A stretch of 64,000 nt of DNA from Welwitschia mirabilis (taxonomy: Eukaryota). Both the position numbers and the translations under genes were made by a program. Under the pieces are notes generated by a model. It was given only the letters and a program-made list of their open reading frames with translations, made no database searches and was not told where the DNA came from. Positions 37,300 to 51,647 of this stretch are shown here, piece after piece (positions within the stretch are counted from its first letter, which is position 1; the number at the start of each line of letters is the position of its first letter). Location of the stretch: assembly GCA_051453625.1 (NCBI GenBank), contig JBOZIK010000001.1, positions 29,177,844 to 29,241,843 of the forward strand, read 5' to 3'.

Positions 37300-38304
37300 A
37301 GTCTTCCTCTGATTATTTTTCATTATGTTTGATGCATGTTAAGTTGGTACCCTCTGGTGAGTATTAGCAATATTATAACCAGCTACTATGAGTGCTTCCT
37401 TCATGTATCTAGTTTGGAAATCAACTTGTCTCAAATATGAAAGGTCTCATTAGGAGAAGCTTTTTTTGGAGAAGGTAACTTTGAGAATTTCTTAAATGGA
37501 GCAAACATATGCACACGAGATACGGTTTTACACCTAGTGGGTGATATAGGCTAGAGGACCTCAAGCTGGAATAAAAAGTAGCATGAAAATGATAACATAA
37601 TCTTGTGATAAGCATAGACTAAGGTAATACCCTAGTCCTATGATACTCTAACTGTGAGACCATATTCTTTAATATAATGGAAGTGGTATTAATAGAATGC
37701 TCAGTCCCTACCAAATACATTAGATAGGCTCTATAGTTAGAGGCTTTATCTTGATGCCTAACTAAAGGTAAGAAATTACAAGCAAAAATCAAGTGTAAAA
37801 AGTGATGTCTTGGTGTCAATAAGGAAGTAAAAATAGTGTGCTTCCATAAATAAACATTATCATAGATCTCCCTAGTAATAGTAGGTTCATATTCCATAGT
37901 ATCTCAAAGAGGCTAAAACTCTTCATAGTCACCTCTGAGAAGATCAATCAATTGAGAGATGAGATTTGCTGTTGCTTTTAGCTGCTTCCCCAAAATGAGG
38001 GTTTCAAGGGCTTTGAAGTCACGATTGTAAGAAGCATTACAGTAAAACATACAAGTAAGAAATAGGTAAATAGAGCCAAAATAAAACTTATAAATTAGTC
38101 TAGATCTTAACTTCTAAGGAGCTAGATGACATCTCTAAGATTTTTAAGCTTTAAAGTTACCATAGACCACTCTTAACACACTAGATTCTTCTCAAACTTC
38201 TCTAAGAACTTTTTTACATATTCTTTTAACATCGCCTGATATAAAATAATTAGATCTCCTAAAGGAGCTTCCTTAACGCTCCTCTTAGATAGGCTTTCAA
38301 CCAT
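37300..38304 (-). pseudogene. Sirevirus env-like / accessory ORF remnant
   Basis: Reads SIYLFLTCMFYCNA...ETLILGKQL...LLTPRHHFLHLIFACNFLP...YLMYLV...SINTTSIILKNM...VLP/MLITRL. It sits between pol and the multi-PPT, with stops and frameshifts. Confidence 0.7.
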
Positions 38305-38859
38305 TTTAAGGACCTTAGAAGCAAGAAATCTAAAGGAAATGCTCTAGATCTGAGATCAAGGATCTAGATATGGAAGAAAATACTCTAGATCTGAGAGATG
38401 AAGAGGGCTAAAACATAATGAAATTGATCTAGTGGTCTCTTTCTTTTATAGACAAGGAAAAATAGGGTGAAATGAAGAAATAAATTAGGTCCACTATTAG
38501 TACTTCCATACTATAATCCATCAGGTCTGGTTAATTACATGAGATTCTAATCAATCTGTCGAGACATGAGTCTGTAGTACTAGAAGTGATCTAAGCAACT
38601 AGGCTTTTAGGCTAGTCGATCAACTACATCTGATTAACGAAATCATAGATCTAATTAACAACCATGCAATTAGCTAAAGAGTGGTGAGTAAACCCCTAGT
38701 TCATTTTTGTGATTAACAAGTAAATTTTAGAAATGAGATGCTACACTCGAGTTTCTTAGAAAACATTTAGATTTATCAAATTTAGGCTAACATTCACTTT
38801 TTACATGTCATAGTTCATATGACTTAACTAATCAATTAAACAAGTATCCATTTGATAGA

Positions 38860-40837
38860 TATTATCTACTTGCTTTGTAATAAAGAAAACAACATTTGTT
38901 TTTGCATCAACAACACCACATTTTGATTTTCCAAAAATTACTTTGTAACTTTTGTCACTCAATTGACTAATGCTCAATAAATTATGTTTCAAACCATTTA
39001 TATAAAGTACATCATCTAGTTTGGGTAACTTATCTCCTTCGATGCATCATGTATCTTTTATATTTGCCTTTTTAATTGTTTCTAAAGATGACTTCTTTTC
39101 CATTAATACTATTTAGGTGTTGAAAGTTTGATCTTTATTTAGAAATATGCCTTGAGCCTTCACTATCTAGATACTAACTATTTTTACTTATCCTCTAAGA
39201 TCTATCTGTGTTAGAAAACTTTTGAGATTATTAGTTCTAACCCACTTAGTCTTATTAGACTTAGGTATTATACTTCTTTTAGAAATGCATTTAAATGATA
39301 AAGTATTTGCAAAATATAAGAAAAGAATTAATTGTTTAATTTTTCAAAAAAAAACTTTAAATAATTGCATTTACCATAAATGTTATATAAAAGTTTATAA
39401 GCATGCATACATACTTTTGCAGTTTATCTATTCTTTTGATTTTTATGAATTAAAGCAATTCTTGATTTGTCTCTAGAAGGTTTTTATAATTCAAGCATCT
39501 ATTCTAATTTAGAAGATCCACCAAAAAAATTATTTACAAAAAAAGAGAGATCTTTTACTCGGGACATTAGATATGTATTATCAGATTTTAGCACATTATA
39601 TTTCATTTCCAGTTCCTCCTTCTCTCTGGTGAGAATCTTTACTACTCTATTTAGATCATTTAAACTCTTAGATAGCTTTTTACATTCATTATATAATTCT
39701 TGATATATATCTTTTAACTCATCCTCTTCTTTATTGATCATGTCCAAATCATTAGGCCTTCACATGCTAGTAACATCTTTGATGGATGGCACAAAAGCCA
39801 TGAAAGATAATCTTCTATCTATATCTAATTCTTGTTCTGAATAGCTTTCATCATCATCAACATCATTATCTCATGGGGTAATAAAATAGGGATTCTTTTT
39901 TCTCCTATTATTACTCTTTGTATTAGGCACTCATTTATCATATGACTAAATCTTTTTGATGAGTAGCATTGGATCTCTATACCTTTCTCTTGATCCTTTT
40001 TATGTTTTAGATGATTTTTTTTTGAGTTTCTACTTGATTCTTCTTTCTTTTTTTCTTATGTGAAGAAATTTTCTGAACCTTATAGCTAGAAGAGCTATTT
40101 TATCATTGTCTAAGTCTTCATCTGATCTATCACATCTATAGTCTTTTTGCATACATTTTAAAGTAATATCTTTCTTTTTATATTTAATGAATTTAAGCTC
40201 ATAGGTTTGCAAATTATCTTATAGTCCTTCCAATGCCATTGCATTTATGTTTTTGCTCTCTTTAATGGCTATGACCTTTGATTTATATCTCTTAGGTAGG
40301 GATCTCAAGACTTTCCTTACCACCTTTTGTTTATATAAACATTCTCCAATCCTTACCATAGAATTCATAATATTAATGAGTCTAGCAAAGAATTCCTACA
40401 AGGTCTCTTCTTCATCCATATATATGTCTTCAAATTTTAAAATAAGAATCTAAAGTCTTACTTAGTTTATAGTGGAGGTTCATTCATGTGCTACTTCAAG
40501 AATATCCCAAGATTTTTTAACATGATTATAGTTTATTATACACTTAAACTCATATATACAGACTATACAAAATATGACATTAAGAGCATAGGCATCTATG
40601 GTGGCTTTTGAATTATTAGTTGGGATCCATTAATCTCGGGCTTTGGGAGCTAGGATAGTGTTACCATTGACATTAGTTTGAGTTAACATAGGCATAGCAT
40701 AACCTTTATAAATAACTTCCTATATATCAGCATCTATAGATCTAAGAAATATTTCCATTCTGGCTTTCTAGTAAGCATAATTTAATCCATTAAAATAGGT
40801 AGATAACCCATGAAAAGACCATCAAATGAATTACTTA
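38860..40837 (-). pseudogene. Copia gag-protease remnant
   Basis: FNGLNYAY*KARMEIFLRSID; VVRKVLRSLP; LQTYEL; IALLAIRFRKF; coiled-coil YQELYNECKKLSK; protease YLDSEGSRHI; LKHNLLSISQLSDK. Confidence 0.88.
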
Positions 40838-43524
40838 TTTTAGGGTTCTAAATTTAAGATTCATTAAAATCTAAAGAATACTCAACTTAGTTTCGATACT
40901 AATTGATAAGACCGAGAACCCTTAAGGGAGGATGAATAGCTTCTTAAAAATATCCAATACAGTATTCTAAAAAAATCCAATATTAAATAAAAACTTGCAT
41001 AAAATAATTAACTAATCCAAGATATGCATGAAAAGAGAATTTAGTAGAAGTAAATAAATACTAAATAAAAGTACAAAGTACCAAATAGAAACAAACAATA
41101 TTTATAATGGTTTGAGAAACTCCCTACTCCACTCTCAATGATTACCTTTTTATCAAGCTTGATCTGGATCTTAATTACTCCACTAATCATTATAGGTTCA
41201 TTTATAACCTTTATAAATGGACTTTTTCAGATTTAGTGTCAACCTTTAAATAGACTTTTCAAGGCTTAGTATCAACTTTTCACAAAGTACAATAGTGATG
41301 CAATAATGTCAATATGCATAAATATCACTCTTTTTTGATACAATAGATTTTGATGAAGCTCTTCTCTTGTAGATGCACAAAGATGAAGTATAAGATCTAA
41401 CCTTGAATGTAGAGATGATACAAGCAATGAATCTTTCTTACTCAAAAGTACAAATGCCAAGGCTCAACAATGAATATCTCATGATTATAGTGCTATTTCC
41501 TTAGATCCAAAAGATTTATCAAATTTAGAACTATTTCTAAAAGTCTTTATGGACATTTATCTTTTGGCTATTTATATTGAAAAGCTTTTAGAGTTTATTA
41601 AATTTGAAATGTACTTTTAATATTTATAAATGGCTATAAAATGACTAGAAAATAGATACATAATGGATACATAATGAATATAAAATTTTGGTTCTATTCT
41701 ATCCAGTTAATCCTTCAAAAGTCTAGTTGACCCCATTAGCTGTCATGACTTACATAGGTCGCTTGAGTAAAAAATCTTATTGTCCCAAATTTTTATGGCT
41801 TTACATCTGATCAACCCCATCTGGTTTCAGTCAACTTCAATCTGGTCATCTGCAATAAAATCCAGTTGCTTGCTTATCCTAATAAAATTCTTTCAGTTGT
41901 TAGCATTAGGTCTAGTTAACCCCTTCAGGTGTTTGATCGATTCCATGATGATTAGCTTAGGAATATCATTTGTATAGTGCTCAGATCTAGTCGACTCCAT
42001 CATAAGTCTAGTCAACTCCTTAAAAATTAGTTTAGGAGTGTTATTTCTTGGTTCACACATCCAATCAACCTCATCATAGGACTAGATAACTCCTTATTAT
42101 TTAGTCAAGGGATATTGTTTATCAGGTCTTTAAATCCATTTGACCTCATAATGATTCAGTTGACCCCTTATCACTTGATTTAGAGACACTGGCTCTTAAG
42201 GTTATAGGTCTGATTAATCCCATAAGAAATCCGGTCAACCCCTTTAGATGTAGTTTATTTTTTCTTTCTATTTTAGGTGTGGTCAACCCCTTGAAAGTTT
42301 AGTTGACCCATGAAGAAGGTAAAAGAACTGACAGGTTTCTAATAGTCAGAATTTAATGGTTTGATTTTATCTTTTCACCTGCAAGTAATTAACATTTCTA
42401 CACAAAATACATAAAATTTGCTATACAGAAAACATTACTTTGACATCAATTAGTAAAACATAATCTAACTTCATATTGTTTTATTTGAAGAACCAAAGTT
42501 TTTGTCATCTTTACTTGCTATTCTTGCATGTTTGTTCATTACTTGAATTTTTCCTTATTGTCATGGCTGCTAAGGAATAAGTAGATATTACTAAAAGGTG
42601 TATTTTCGAATTAATCTTAAGATTGCATTTTAATGCATTCTATGTTTGCATGTGTCTTTAAAGATCCAAAGTAATGCACCACTTGTTTTACTGCTATTAT
42701 TACATTCTCTTATCATCAGAGAACCAAAAGGTCAAAAAAATATGAGTTGTAATAGTTTCTCTATTATATAGAAGTAGTATAGTGATACTTATATTATGAG
42801 ACCATTTTTGCTTGAATTAAAGAAGGCATAGGCATATGATAAATATTCATCACACATTTCTTTAGGTGTTTTGACCTCATATATTTCATTAACATTGTTT
42901 TGGAGAATTAAATTCCTAATGAGTGTAAATTTCATAGCTTTCAATGTTAATATATGGAGATGTTTCTTATGATTTTTAGTGTTTACTATAATTTTTTATC
43001 TCATATATTTTATAATTGGTTTTTTGGTTTTATACAAAATGCATATGTATTACTCATGAGTTAACTACACTTAACTGTCTTTAGTTGAAATGGCTACAGC
43101 CTTCAGTATGTTCATTTTATTATATTTTAGTTTGTTGTATATAAAGTTTGTATTACATGGTGATGTCTCTATTATAAATTCGATGATTCCCTTAAATATG
43201 TCAATTTTAAAGATAACTAAATGTTGTATCTTATAATGTTAAAAGACTTATTGATTTTATTTATGTGTTTTAATAAAAGATAGTGATGATTTACTTGGAA
43301 AAGTTATGCAACCAAATAGTGTTAGAGCTTGATTATGTCTATTGCCTAATACTATAACACTTTATAGAAGGCACTTTCATGACATAAGAGGCTAGCAATA
43401 GAATGTAAGTTTGCAAACATTCAATAGCAAACTTTCTAAAATGTTTATGTATTCATTAGGAATTCTAGAAAGTAAATGAACATTCCTAAAACACCCCATC
43501 AACAAATATTGACATCAATGAAAG

Positions 43525-46272
43525 TGACATGAAATAAATCTGATATGGAATGATGTTACCCCTCTAGTTTTATTTCATATTTTTCTATTCAACATATATT
43601 GTTATTTTACTACTTTTTAGTCCTACATTATTTAGGAATTTCTATTAAAAGGAATTATGTCCTATAAATAAGTGACGTATGTACTATTTCAAGGCATCGA
43701 GAATTTTAATAATCACTATTTTTCTCTCTAAACCTTCATGTGTTGTTTTAGTTTTGGTTGTTTAATTTTGCAACAATTGGGTTCTTAGCATATGATGTAA
43801 ATGAATTCTTCTATTGTCCTACTCCATTTGATATCAGAGTAGGAAATACCCTATGTGGTAACTAATGGAAGATCCTAACACCACTATCATCCAGCTACTC
43901 TAGATGATTCAGTAATAAATGTAGCAACAAAGTAAATAAGATGTGTGAATTTTTGAGGCTCCCTCAAATCTAAACATTCACTCTAGGGATCAGTCAGATC
44001 TGCTACCTTCAGGAACCCACCTTAAAGGTTTTGACAAAGATGAAACATTGGGTATCATCTTGATTCTATGGTTATGAAACAACTATTCAAAGATCTAGGT
44101 AGACATCCCTATCTTCTCTAGATCCCTATACATCGAAGATTTTTCTGATTAGATCTTATAAGTTGAAAAATATTTCAAACTAATGAACACTCTTGAGGAA
44201 ACATAGGTAATGTATGTCACCTTCAAACTCAAGGATGCTATCTTATCTTAGTGGGATAATGTTAAGACTAATCAATGCCATCAAAGGAAGCAACTAGTAT
44301 AAAGTTAATTAAAGATGAGGCAATTGATGTTTACACATTTTTTACCCATTGATTATAAGTAGACCTTTTATTTATAGTACTAGAATTTTTGCCAACTTTT
44401 GTGATGTGTAATTGAGTATATCAAGGAATTCATAAGATTAGCCTCTCAAAATCACTTGATAGAATCTAATGCCTAGCAAGTTTCTAAGTTCCACAATGGT
44501 ATTCTCTTTGACGTTTAGGATATTATATCTTTCTAAACCATCTAGAGCCTTGATGAAGCTGTGAGATTGGTTTTGAAGATATAATAAACACTTACAAGGT
44601 AAAGCAAAAGGAGTTTATCATATCAAAGCACTATCGAATCCTCACATAGCCAACTTTAGAGGGATAAACTAGTTACTAACATTTAGGCAAGCTCTTCCAA
44701 AGTAATCCTGGGGGTAATAAAAATCAAAAGTTATTCATCCCAACCAAGCAATCTCATCTAAACAACTAGGAAGTTGATTAACAATCCTTATGTCCAAAAC
44801 CATGGAAACAAGTTTTCTTGATGTTAACAAATTGGACATACCTCTAACTAGTGGAGAGCTCATAATGTTGTGGAATGGAAAGAGAAGAATGACAATAATT
44901 CAGGTGAAGATACTTGTATTATTGGACTAGACGCTCTTCTAGAAGATGATAAGGAATTCAAAAAAGGAGCATACTCTTACTTCATCAAATGGTTGGTGCT
45001 TTCTACTTCTAAAATATGTGAAGATTCTCAAATAAATAACATCTTTCAAACTTAATACAAGATTCAACAAAATTTCTTCGACATGATTATTAGTAGAGGA
45101 AGTAGTAAGAACATTATCTCTTGAGATATCATGAAACAACCTTAGCTAGTTATGAGGAAGCACTCAATACCCTATAAGATTGGATGGATTAAAGCTATAG
45201 TAGGGTTTGAGTAATCAAATAGTATGAGATTCTTTTTTTCATGGGTAAATACAAGGATATTATTCTTTACAACATAGTAGAAATGGATGCTTGTCATGTT
45301 CTACTGGGACACCCATGGTAGTTTGATTTGAATGCCATGCAAGAGAAAAGAGAATGTTTTATACATTCTCTAAGGATAATAAAAAGTTCACATTATGTTC
45401 GTTCAAAAATAAAAATCAACTTAAGATAGCCAAGGAAAGAAGAAAAAGATCATGCTATACATTCAAAAAGATTTCTTGATCAGGTAAAATATGCCTCAAT
45501 GATATTTACTATGGTGATAGAGAGGGGTAAATTACAAATTGTGGAGAATCCACTAAAGCTACAAGATATTTTAATGGAATTGAAGAACATCATAATAAAA
45601 TACATTCCTAATAATCTTCCTCCCATGAGTTCTGTATAACATGTGATCTTATAAGGAATAGTCAAAGATCTACTTAAGAAAGACATCATCTAAGAGAGCA
45701 AGAGTCCCTATGTGGTTTTATCCCTTTTGATTCCAAACAGGAATAAGACTTGATGAATTTTTAATAAAAAGAAGATGAAGAAAAATCAGGTGAGCCCTTG
45801 CCAAATTCTAAAGAAGATCAATAATAATGCCCATATAATCAATCTTTCTAAGGAACTCACCATCTTACATACATTCAACGTTGCTAATCTAGTCGAACAT
45901 CACTCTCCTAATAATCCACTAAACACTATCGAGAACTCATGAATAAGTTCTTTTTAAGTGGGGAAGAATCACATGAAACAAATCTAACATAGAACGATGT
46001 TACTCGCATAGCTTTATTTTCATATTTTGCTCTTCGGCATATATTTTTATTTTTCTACTTTTTAGTTCCACATTGTTTATGGATTTCTATTGAAAGGACT
46101 TATGTCCTATAAATAACTAACATATGTACTATTTTAAGGCATCAAGGATTTTAATAATCATTATTTTTTCTCTCTATGCCTTCATGTGTTATTTTACTTT
46201 CAATTGTTTTCTTTTGAAGAAATGCAATTCTTAGTGCATACTATCAATGAATTCTTCTACTATCCTACTCCA
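43525..46272 (+). mobile_element. Compact non-autonomous CRM-like Ty3/Gypsy (2.75 kb): LTRs 43525-43826 and 45969-46272
   Basis: LTRs of about 300 bp, both ending CTACTCCA. TSD GAAAG / AAAAG. PBS TGATATCAGAG at 43829 and PPT AAGTGGGGAAGAA. Gag (DIPIF...FLPIDY...EYIKEF) and protease (PYKIGWIK...MDACHVLLGHPW) are CRM-type. The RT start is fused to the integrase tail. Confidence 0.92.
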
Positions 46273-47599
46273 AAAAGCTAGTGAAGTATTTTCTTTTGGT
46301 TTTTAACTCTCTTGTATGTTCTTAAAGAAAGTTTTTCATACTTCATAAGTCCCTTCTATGTTTTATATATTTTTAAAGTTAGTGAATGGTAGCTTATCTT
46401 TAGAATTCCACTTGCTACATTAATTCGATAGGATTAAGGATTATTTCTCTTAAGCTACATTTAAAAGTTACATTATTATTGTGAGATTTATCTAACTCTT
46501 TTAAAGATCATTAGCTTTTAATATTTGTACTTTTTTATTTGCTGGAAGTCTTATGGGACTTGCATTTAATAGAGAAATCTAAGATATACTTCTTTTGCTA
46601 TAGCATATGCATTTCTATCATTTAGTGATGGAATGGTATTATTTGGAAAAGCATCTCTAAAGCATAGCTTATGATCTAACTTGGCGACTTTCTGGTCTAT
46701 CTTACATTCTTTTTTTTAACCTTTATTAATTTAATCATTAATAAGATCTATTGGGAAATTATTTAAATTAATAAGTATCTAATGACAAAACTATGACTTG
46801 GAGAAGCATATAGTCTTGATCTGAGTGGTGATAAAATCCATACAAATTAAAATTAAAGATGCATTTAGAATTAAAACTTAAGACCATGTATTACTAAATT
46901 AGATAGTCCTATTAACTAAATAAACATAAAAGCTAAAATCCATTTAATAGAAACATCTAGTTTATAATTGCAACATAAGACTAACTAAAATAAATTTCTG
47001 AAAGTCAATCTTAAAATGAAAATTATCATTTATAAGTCATGAAATCTGATCTGATGTCAATGTGTTTGATACATAAGATGAACAAAAGATCACAAAAACT
47101 TAACAAAATTATGTTATTTTACATTGAGACCACTTTTAATATTTTACTAACATTTATTTTCTATTTTAGTTGAATTTCATGTCTTGGTATTCATGAAAAC
47201 TATAGTATTCTTAAGATTCCTTGTTCTCTAAATTTGTTATGTTTCAAATCTTTAACAAGCAAGATTTACGATTAAAATGTCTTAATAAATAATTTAAAAG
47301 AGAATATCAAAATTTATAAGGCTAATATTTTATGTTAATTCTTAAATATTTTCATGTATAGATAATAATCCCATAATTATTATTTCGTCCTTTGGATTTA
47401 CTCATTTAATTGCTCATTTTAGAAAGTTGTGGATTTGAAATTATTATGAATGATGATGATTAACACCTAGAGTTATTATTTTTAGTAAATGTTAAAGAAT
47501 ATCTTGAATTGTAACTACTTACATGTTTATGGAATAATTTATTATTATTGCTAATGTCTCATTTACCATTTATTATTATGATAAGCATATTATTATTTA

Positions 47600-48600
47600 T
47601 TTTTTAACTAGTGGCCTAGCAAGGTAATAAAATCCTCATCACTTCCACCACCGTTATCACTTTCACCACTTTCACCACACCACCTCCACCACTTTTACCA
47701 TACCACTGCCATCTCTTGCAGTACTCTACCACTTTTACTAACTTTACTACTCTCTTTTATGATGGCATCTCTTCACATCCTACATCCTCTACTATAAATA
47801 AGACCTTATTCTCTTGTTAATTCATATCTTTAAGAAAGATTTTTCTATTAGACCTTGGTGAATTCAACTTGGAGATTGAAAAGGCTTTAGAACTTTGGAT
47901 CTCTAGAAGTTTTTAAATCTTTATTTTAATTTCAGTATGATTTATGGTTCTTTGATTATTTTCTTATATACTTGATGGACTTCCATTTATTTTTTATATC
48001 TTTTAATTAATTCTTGCATCCTTTACATGTTTCAAAGATTGTTCTTGCTTGTTCTATAATTCTCTTTTTACATATGTATTATCTTAGTTGTAAATTTAGT
48101 TCTATGCTTAAGACTTACTAAGTGTTTAAAATATGTAGCTTCAACGCTGGGCTATGTGAAAGACTCCCATTGGCCATGGGAGTAAGATAACAGAGTGATC
48201 AAGATGATGTTTGTAACTTATCTAGATGTGCATAGCATGATGTCTTATGGCTTCATAGGATTTATCCCATCTAAAAGATTTCTATTGGTCATAGAAATAA
48301 ACCTTTAGGCAAATGGGTGTTTTTTACATCCTTTTGGTAGAGCATACTGTTCCTTGAATATTCTAGAATTACTAGGACTTGAATATGTATATTTTAATTA
48401 TTGTATCTTGTACGAGTTCTTGATCACATTCAATTTTCTTAAGGATCCTATCTTGAGCTTATAAAACTTCCTTACCTAAAACTTGATATGGACCAAAATA
48501 AAAGCTATGAAATTTTCATTGTTTTACTCCATATTTCTTGTGTAAAATAGGTGGTAAAACTAGATCTTAATTGCGAAGAAGAGTAAGTGAAGAATAGATT
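47600..48600 (+). mobile_element. LTR-like fragment, family undetermined
   Basis: CCA-rich tract, then CTATAAATA at about 47792, then a pyrimidine-rich R-like segment. Termini not identified. Confidence 0.35.
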
Positions 48601-51600
48601 ACCTTTTTTATTTTATTTTGAAAACTTGTGTGGAGTGAAAATTGTATATTTGTTGAGAATTTTGAATTCCTTAGTATTGTAATTATCTTGAAAATACATT
48701 GAATGTTGGATCATGAATATCATTTCTTGAAATATGATGTTAATTAAATATGAAGTTCAACAACTTGTTTTTATACATCTATTATGAAATTTCTTGAAAA
48801 TGTTTAGTTGTAAAATTTAGAATTTGTATCTTTAAATGTTAGTTTAATGTATTCTAGTTGTTCATTATAATAATTAGAAAAGTATAACTTATAGAATTAT
48901 GTATATTAAGAAGATAATATGTCTTACTAATAAGTCTTTGTGAAATACACATTTAGTGTATTTTTTGTTAAATACATAAATAGGAATGTACTTTATAAGA
49001 TTTAATAAGTCTTAAAATAAAATGATAAGTGTACTCTTTTAGTTATAATAGAAAATATTAAAGGAAACATCCATGGAGATGATATCCCTTTATCTAAGAT
49101 GACTCAAAAGTGACTCAATAATCAACATTAGCATCCAATATATCATCATCCTACCTGTCATGGGAATAATAGAGGGGATGATAGTATTCTTTATTCTTCT
49201 CAATTAGGAGAAGGTAACCTTTTCCATCAGTGATCTTTCTCCAAAGCCATGTGTATTAGAATGTGCCTTGAGTGTCTTTAATCATATTAAGAATTGCACA
49301 TTTTTGAGATATTCCTTTAATCCTTCATAATCCATACCATTGCATCCATAACTGTGTAAATATCTTATAAAACAACTCATAACACCCCATCAAACACATA
49401 ATTTGGTAGTGCATCATAGATTCCCACTTAGTCTTTGTTAATTTCTAATAAAAATTAAATGAATAACTATAATTATGAGCCAAATTATCTTTAAAAATTA
49501 ATCTAAAATTATAAAACAAGCTCATAAATAATTTAAAACACATCACATAGAAAAATAGTATTCAACGCATCATGTGTATGAAGTGAAACTTTTAAAATTA
49601 TTTTTTATGAAATCTCTAAAATAACTTGAAAATTTATTAAAATAAGCCATGCAAATGATTCTTATCCCTCCACCCTTCCTGCTAGACAAAAATAATATGT
49701 CTTATATTAGTTAATAAAATAAATAAATTAGATGAGTGTGAGAATGTGAATGATGGGTATTCTTAAATTTGGATAACTCTCTAAATCAAGTGTATAATTG
49801 AGTATGAAAATGTCAGATTTAAAAAATAGAGATCTATGTAATATTTTGACAAGTATAAAGACAGTAATTAATGAAACTATGCTAATTAAGATGAATCAAA
49901 TCCATGAATGCCCAACAAATGTGTCATCACAAAAAGATTAAGCGCTATTTAGAATTCAAAAAGAATAAAAATAACAATCACGAAAGTGTTATGGAAACTC
50001 ATCTAAGAAATAAAAAATAATCATAAAAACCATTCATTGTTAAGATCCTAAAATGATAATAAAATATGGAAATGACTTTGAAACAGCTAATTGGGCCATG
50101 AAATAAAACAAAAAAAATGGACATAAGTTAATTCAAAGAAGATAGACTACCTACCTTAAATTTTAACCTAGAAGACTCCCATGGAAGAAATCATAACATC
50201 ACTTGATTTAAAAAAGCATGACTTCATGTATAATAATTCTATTTGATAAGGCATTGATTATGATGACGCTAAGAATCAAACACTTTAATCAATAAGTGAT
50301 AAGTTTTTCTAAATGCTCTTTTCGCCTTTCATATTCAAGGCCTTTTAATACATTGTTAATACTTACTTTGTTATTCTTAATACCTAATGAAAGAGTTGTT
50401 TAAAAATGAACTTACCTATCTATATCTTAAAACAAAGACCTAAATCTTATAAATGAAATAATCATGTAAAAATAAGAAGACATGAGGAGACAAGAAATGC
50501 TTTTGATGATACTAGGAATACCACTATGTTATTATTATTTTATTATTTAACTATCCATAATGAAAGAAGTGAAATCATAGTCAAAGAAGTAAGAACCCAT
50601 AAAGCATGGTTGACTAATCCTACAGTGGAGTTTCCATAGCTAACGTATTATACTATCAAAGGCCCCCCTTAAGAAGATTTGCCTTAGTGTACTTTTAATA
50701 GAAAAACATGGTGACCATGTTTGTGAGCAATCTCAAATATAAAACATCATGGTCTTATTTCACTTTTTTTTAATACAATATGAACATAGATGAAAATATT
50801 TTAGATGATCAAAATACTCTAAAAGATAAAGATGAAGTCAAAAGATAAGAGATAAAAAAAATACTCTTAAGAAAGAAAGACCTTTTCATCATTTAGAAAA
50901 ATATCAAAAATAAAGCATCTTCTTTTAAACTAAAGTTCACAGATGTGTAAATGTTTGAAGATTAGGTGAATCTAATCTTATCACTATAAAATGTCCAAGT
51001 CAAAGACTAGTTATAGAAATAAATATATGTCATGTTTGAAAAATGATCAAGTGACATCATAATAGCCTTTAAAGGAAAATACTAAGAGAAAATTCAGACA
51101 ATGTTAGGGAATAATTCATCCTCATCAAGGATAACCTCTAACGCTAGTACTTCTATCATGTTTGCATAAAAATGTTGCTCATATATTTTCAACCTTTGTC
51201 CATTAACTTTTTGAATTTCTGTAATGGTTAAGTTAGATGTCTTAACAAAGATATTAAAGTGTACTTTCTCAATAAGGTAAGGATCTAATCATATTAATAT
51301 TAACTTTTTATGTAGAAGGTGTACTTTAGTATTGTATAATAAGATAAGTTGACCAAGTCTAAAGATTTTATGAATCAATTCTTTATCATGCTTGAAATTA
51401 CTTTTGGCCTTGTGGATAAGTTGAGGATAAATAGCTTAAGTTTGCTTTTCATCTAAATAGTCCAATTGCACTAAATAAGTTTTAAGGTTTTAAATTTACA
51501 AGATTAAGTTGATGTGTATAATGATAAGAATTATAATAAAATTTAATAAGGTAAAACACAAACTTTAACATATATAAGTTCATAATGTGAAAGGACAAGT

Positions 51601-51647
51601 GAATTATACCAAGTGATATGGTAAGCCTAAAGAACATCATTTAGTTT

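Larger units (their letters stand above)
35147..42470 (-). mobile_element. Internally deleted Sirevirus-like Copia: 5' LTR 40904-42470, PBS, gag-PR, env-like ORF, multi-PPT, 3' LTR 35147-36697
   Basis: Two LTRs of about 1.55 kb in direct orientation with a degenerate TSD (CCATG / TCATA). Decayed PBS at about 40890-40901. PPT copies at about 36699 and 37190. No integrase, RT or RNase H motifs seen between the LTRs. Confidence 0.92.
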
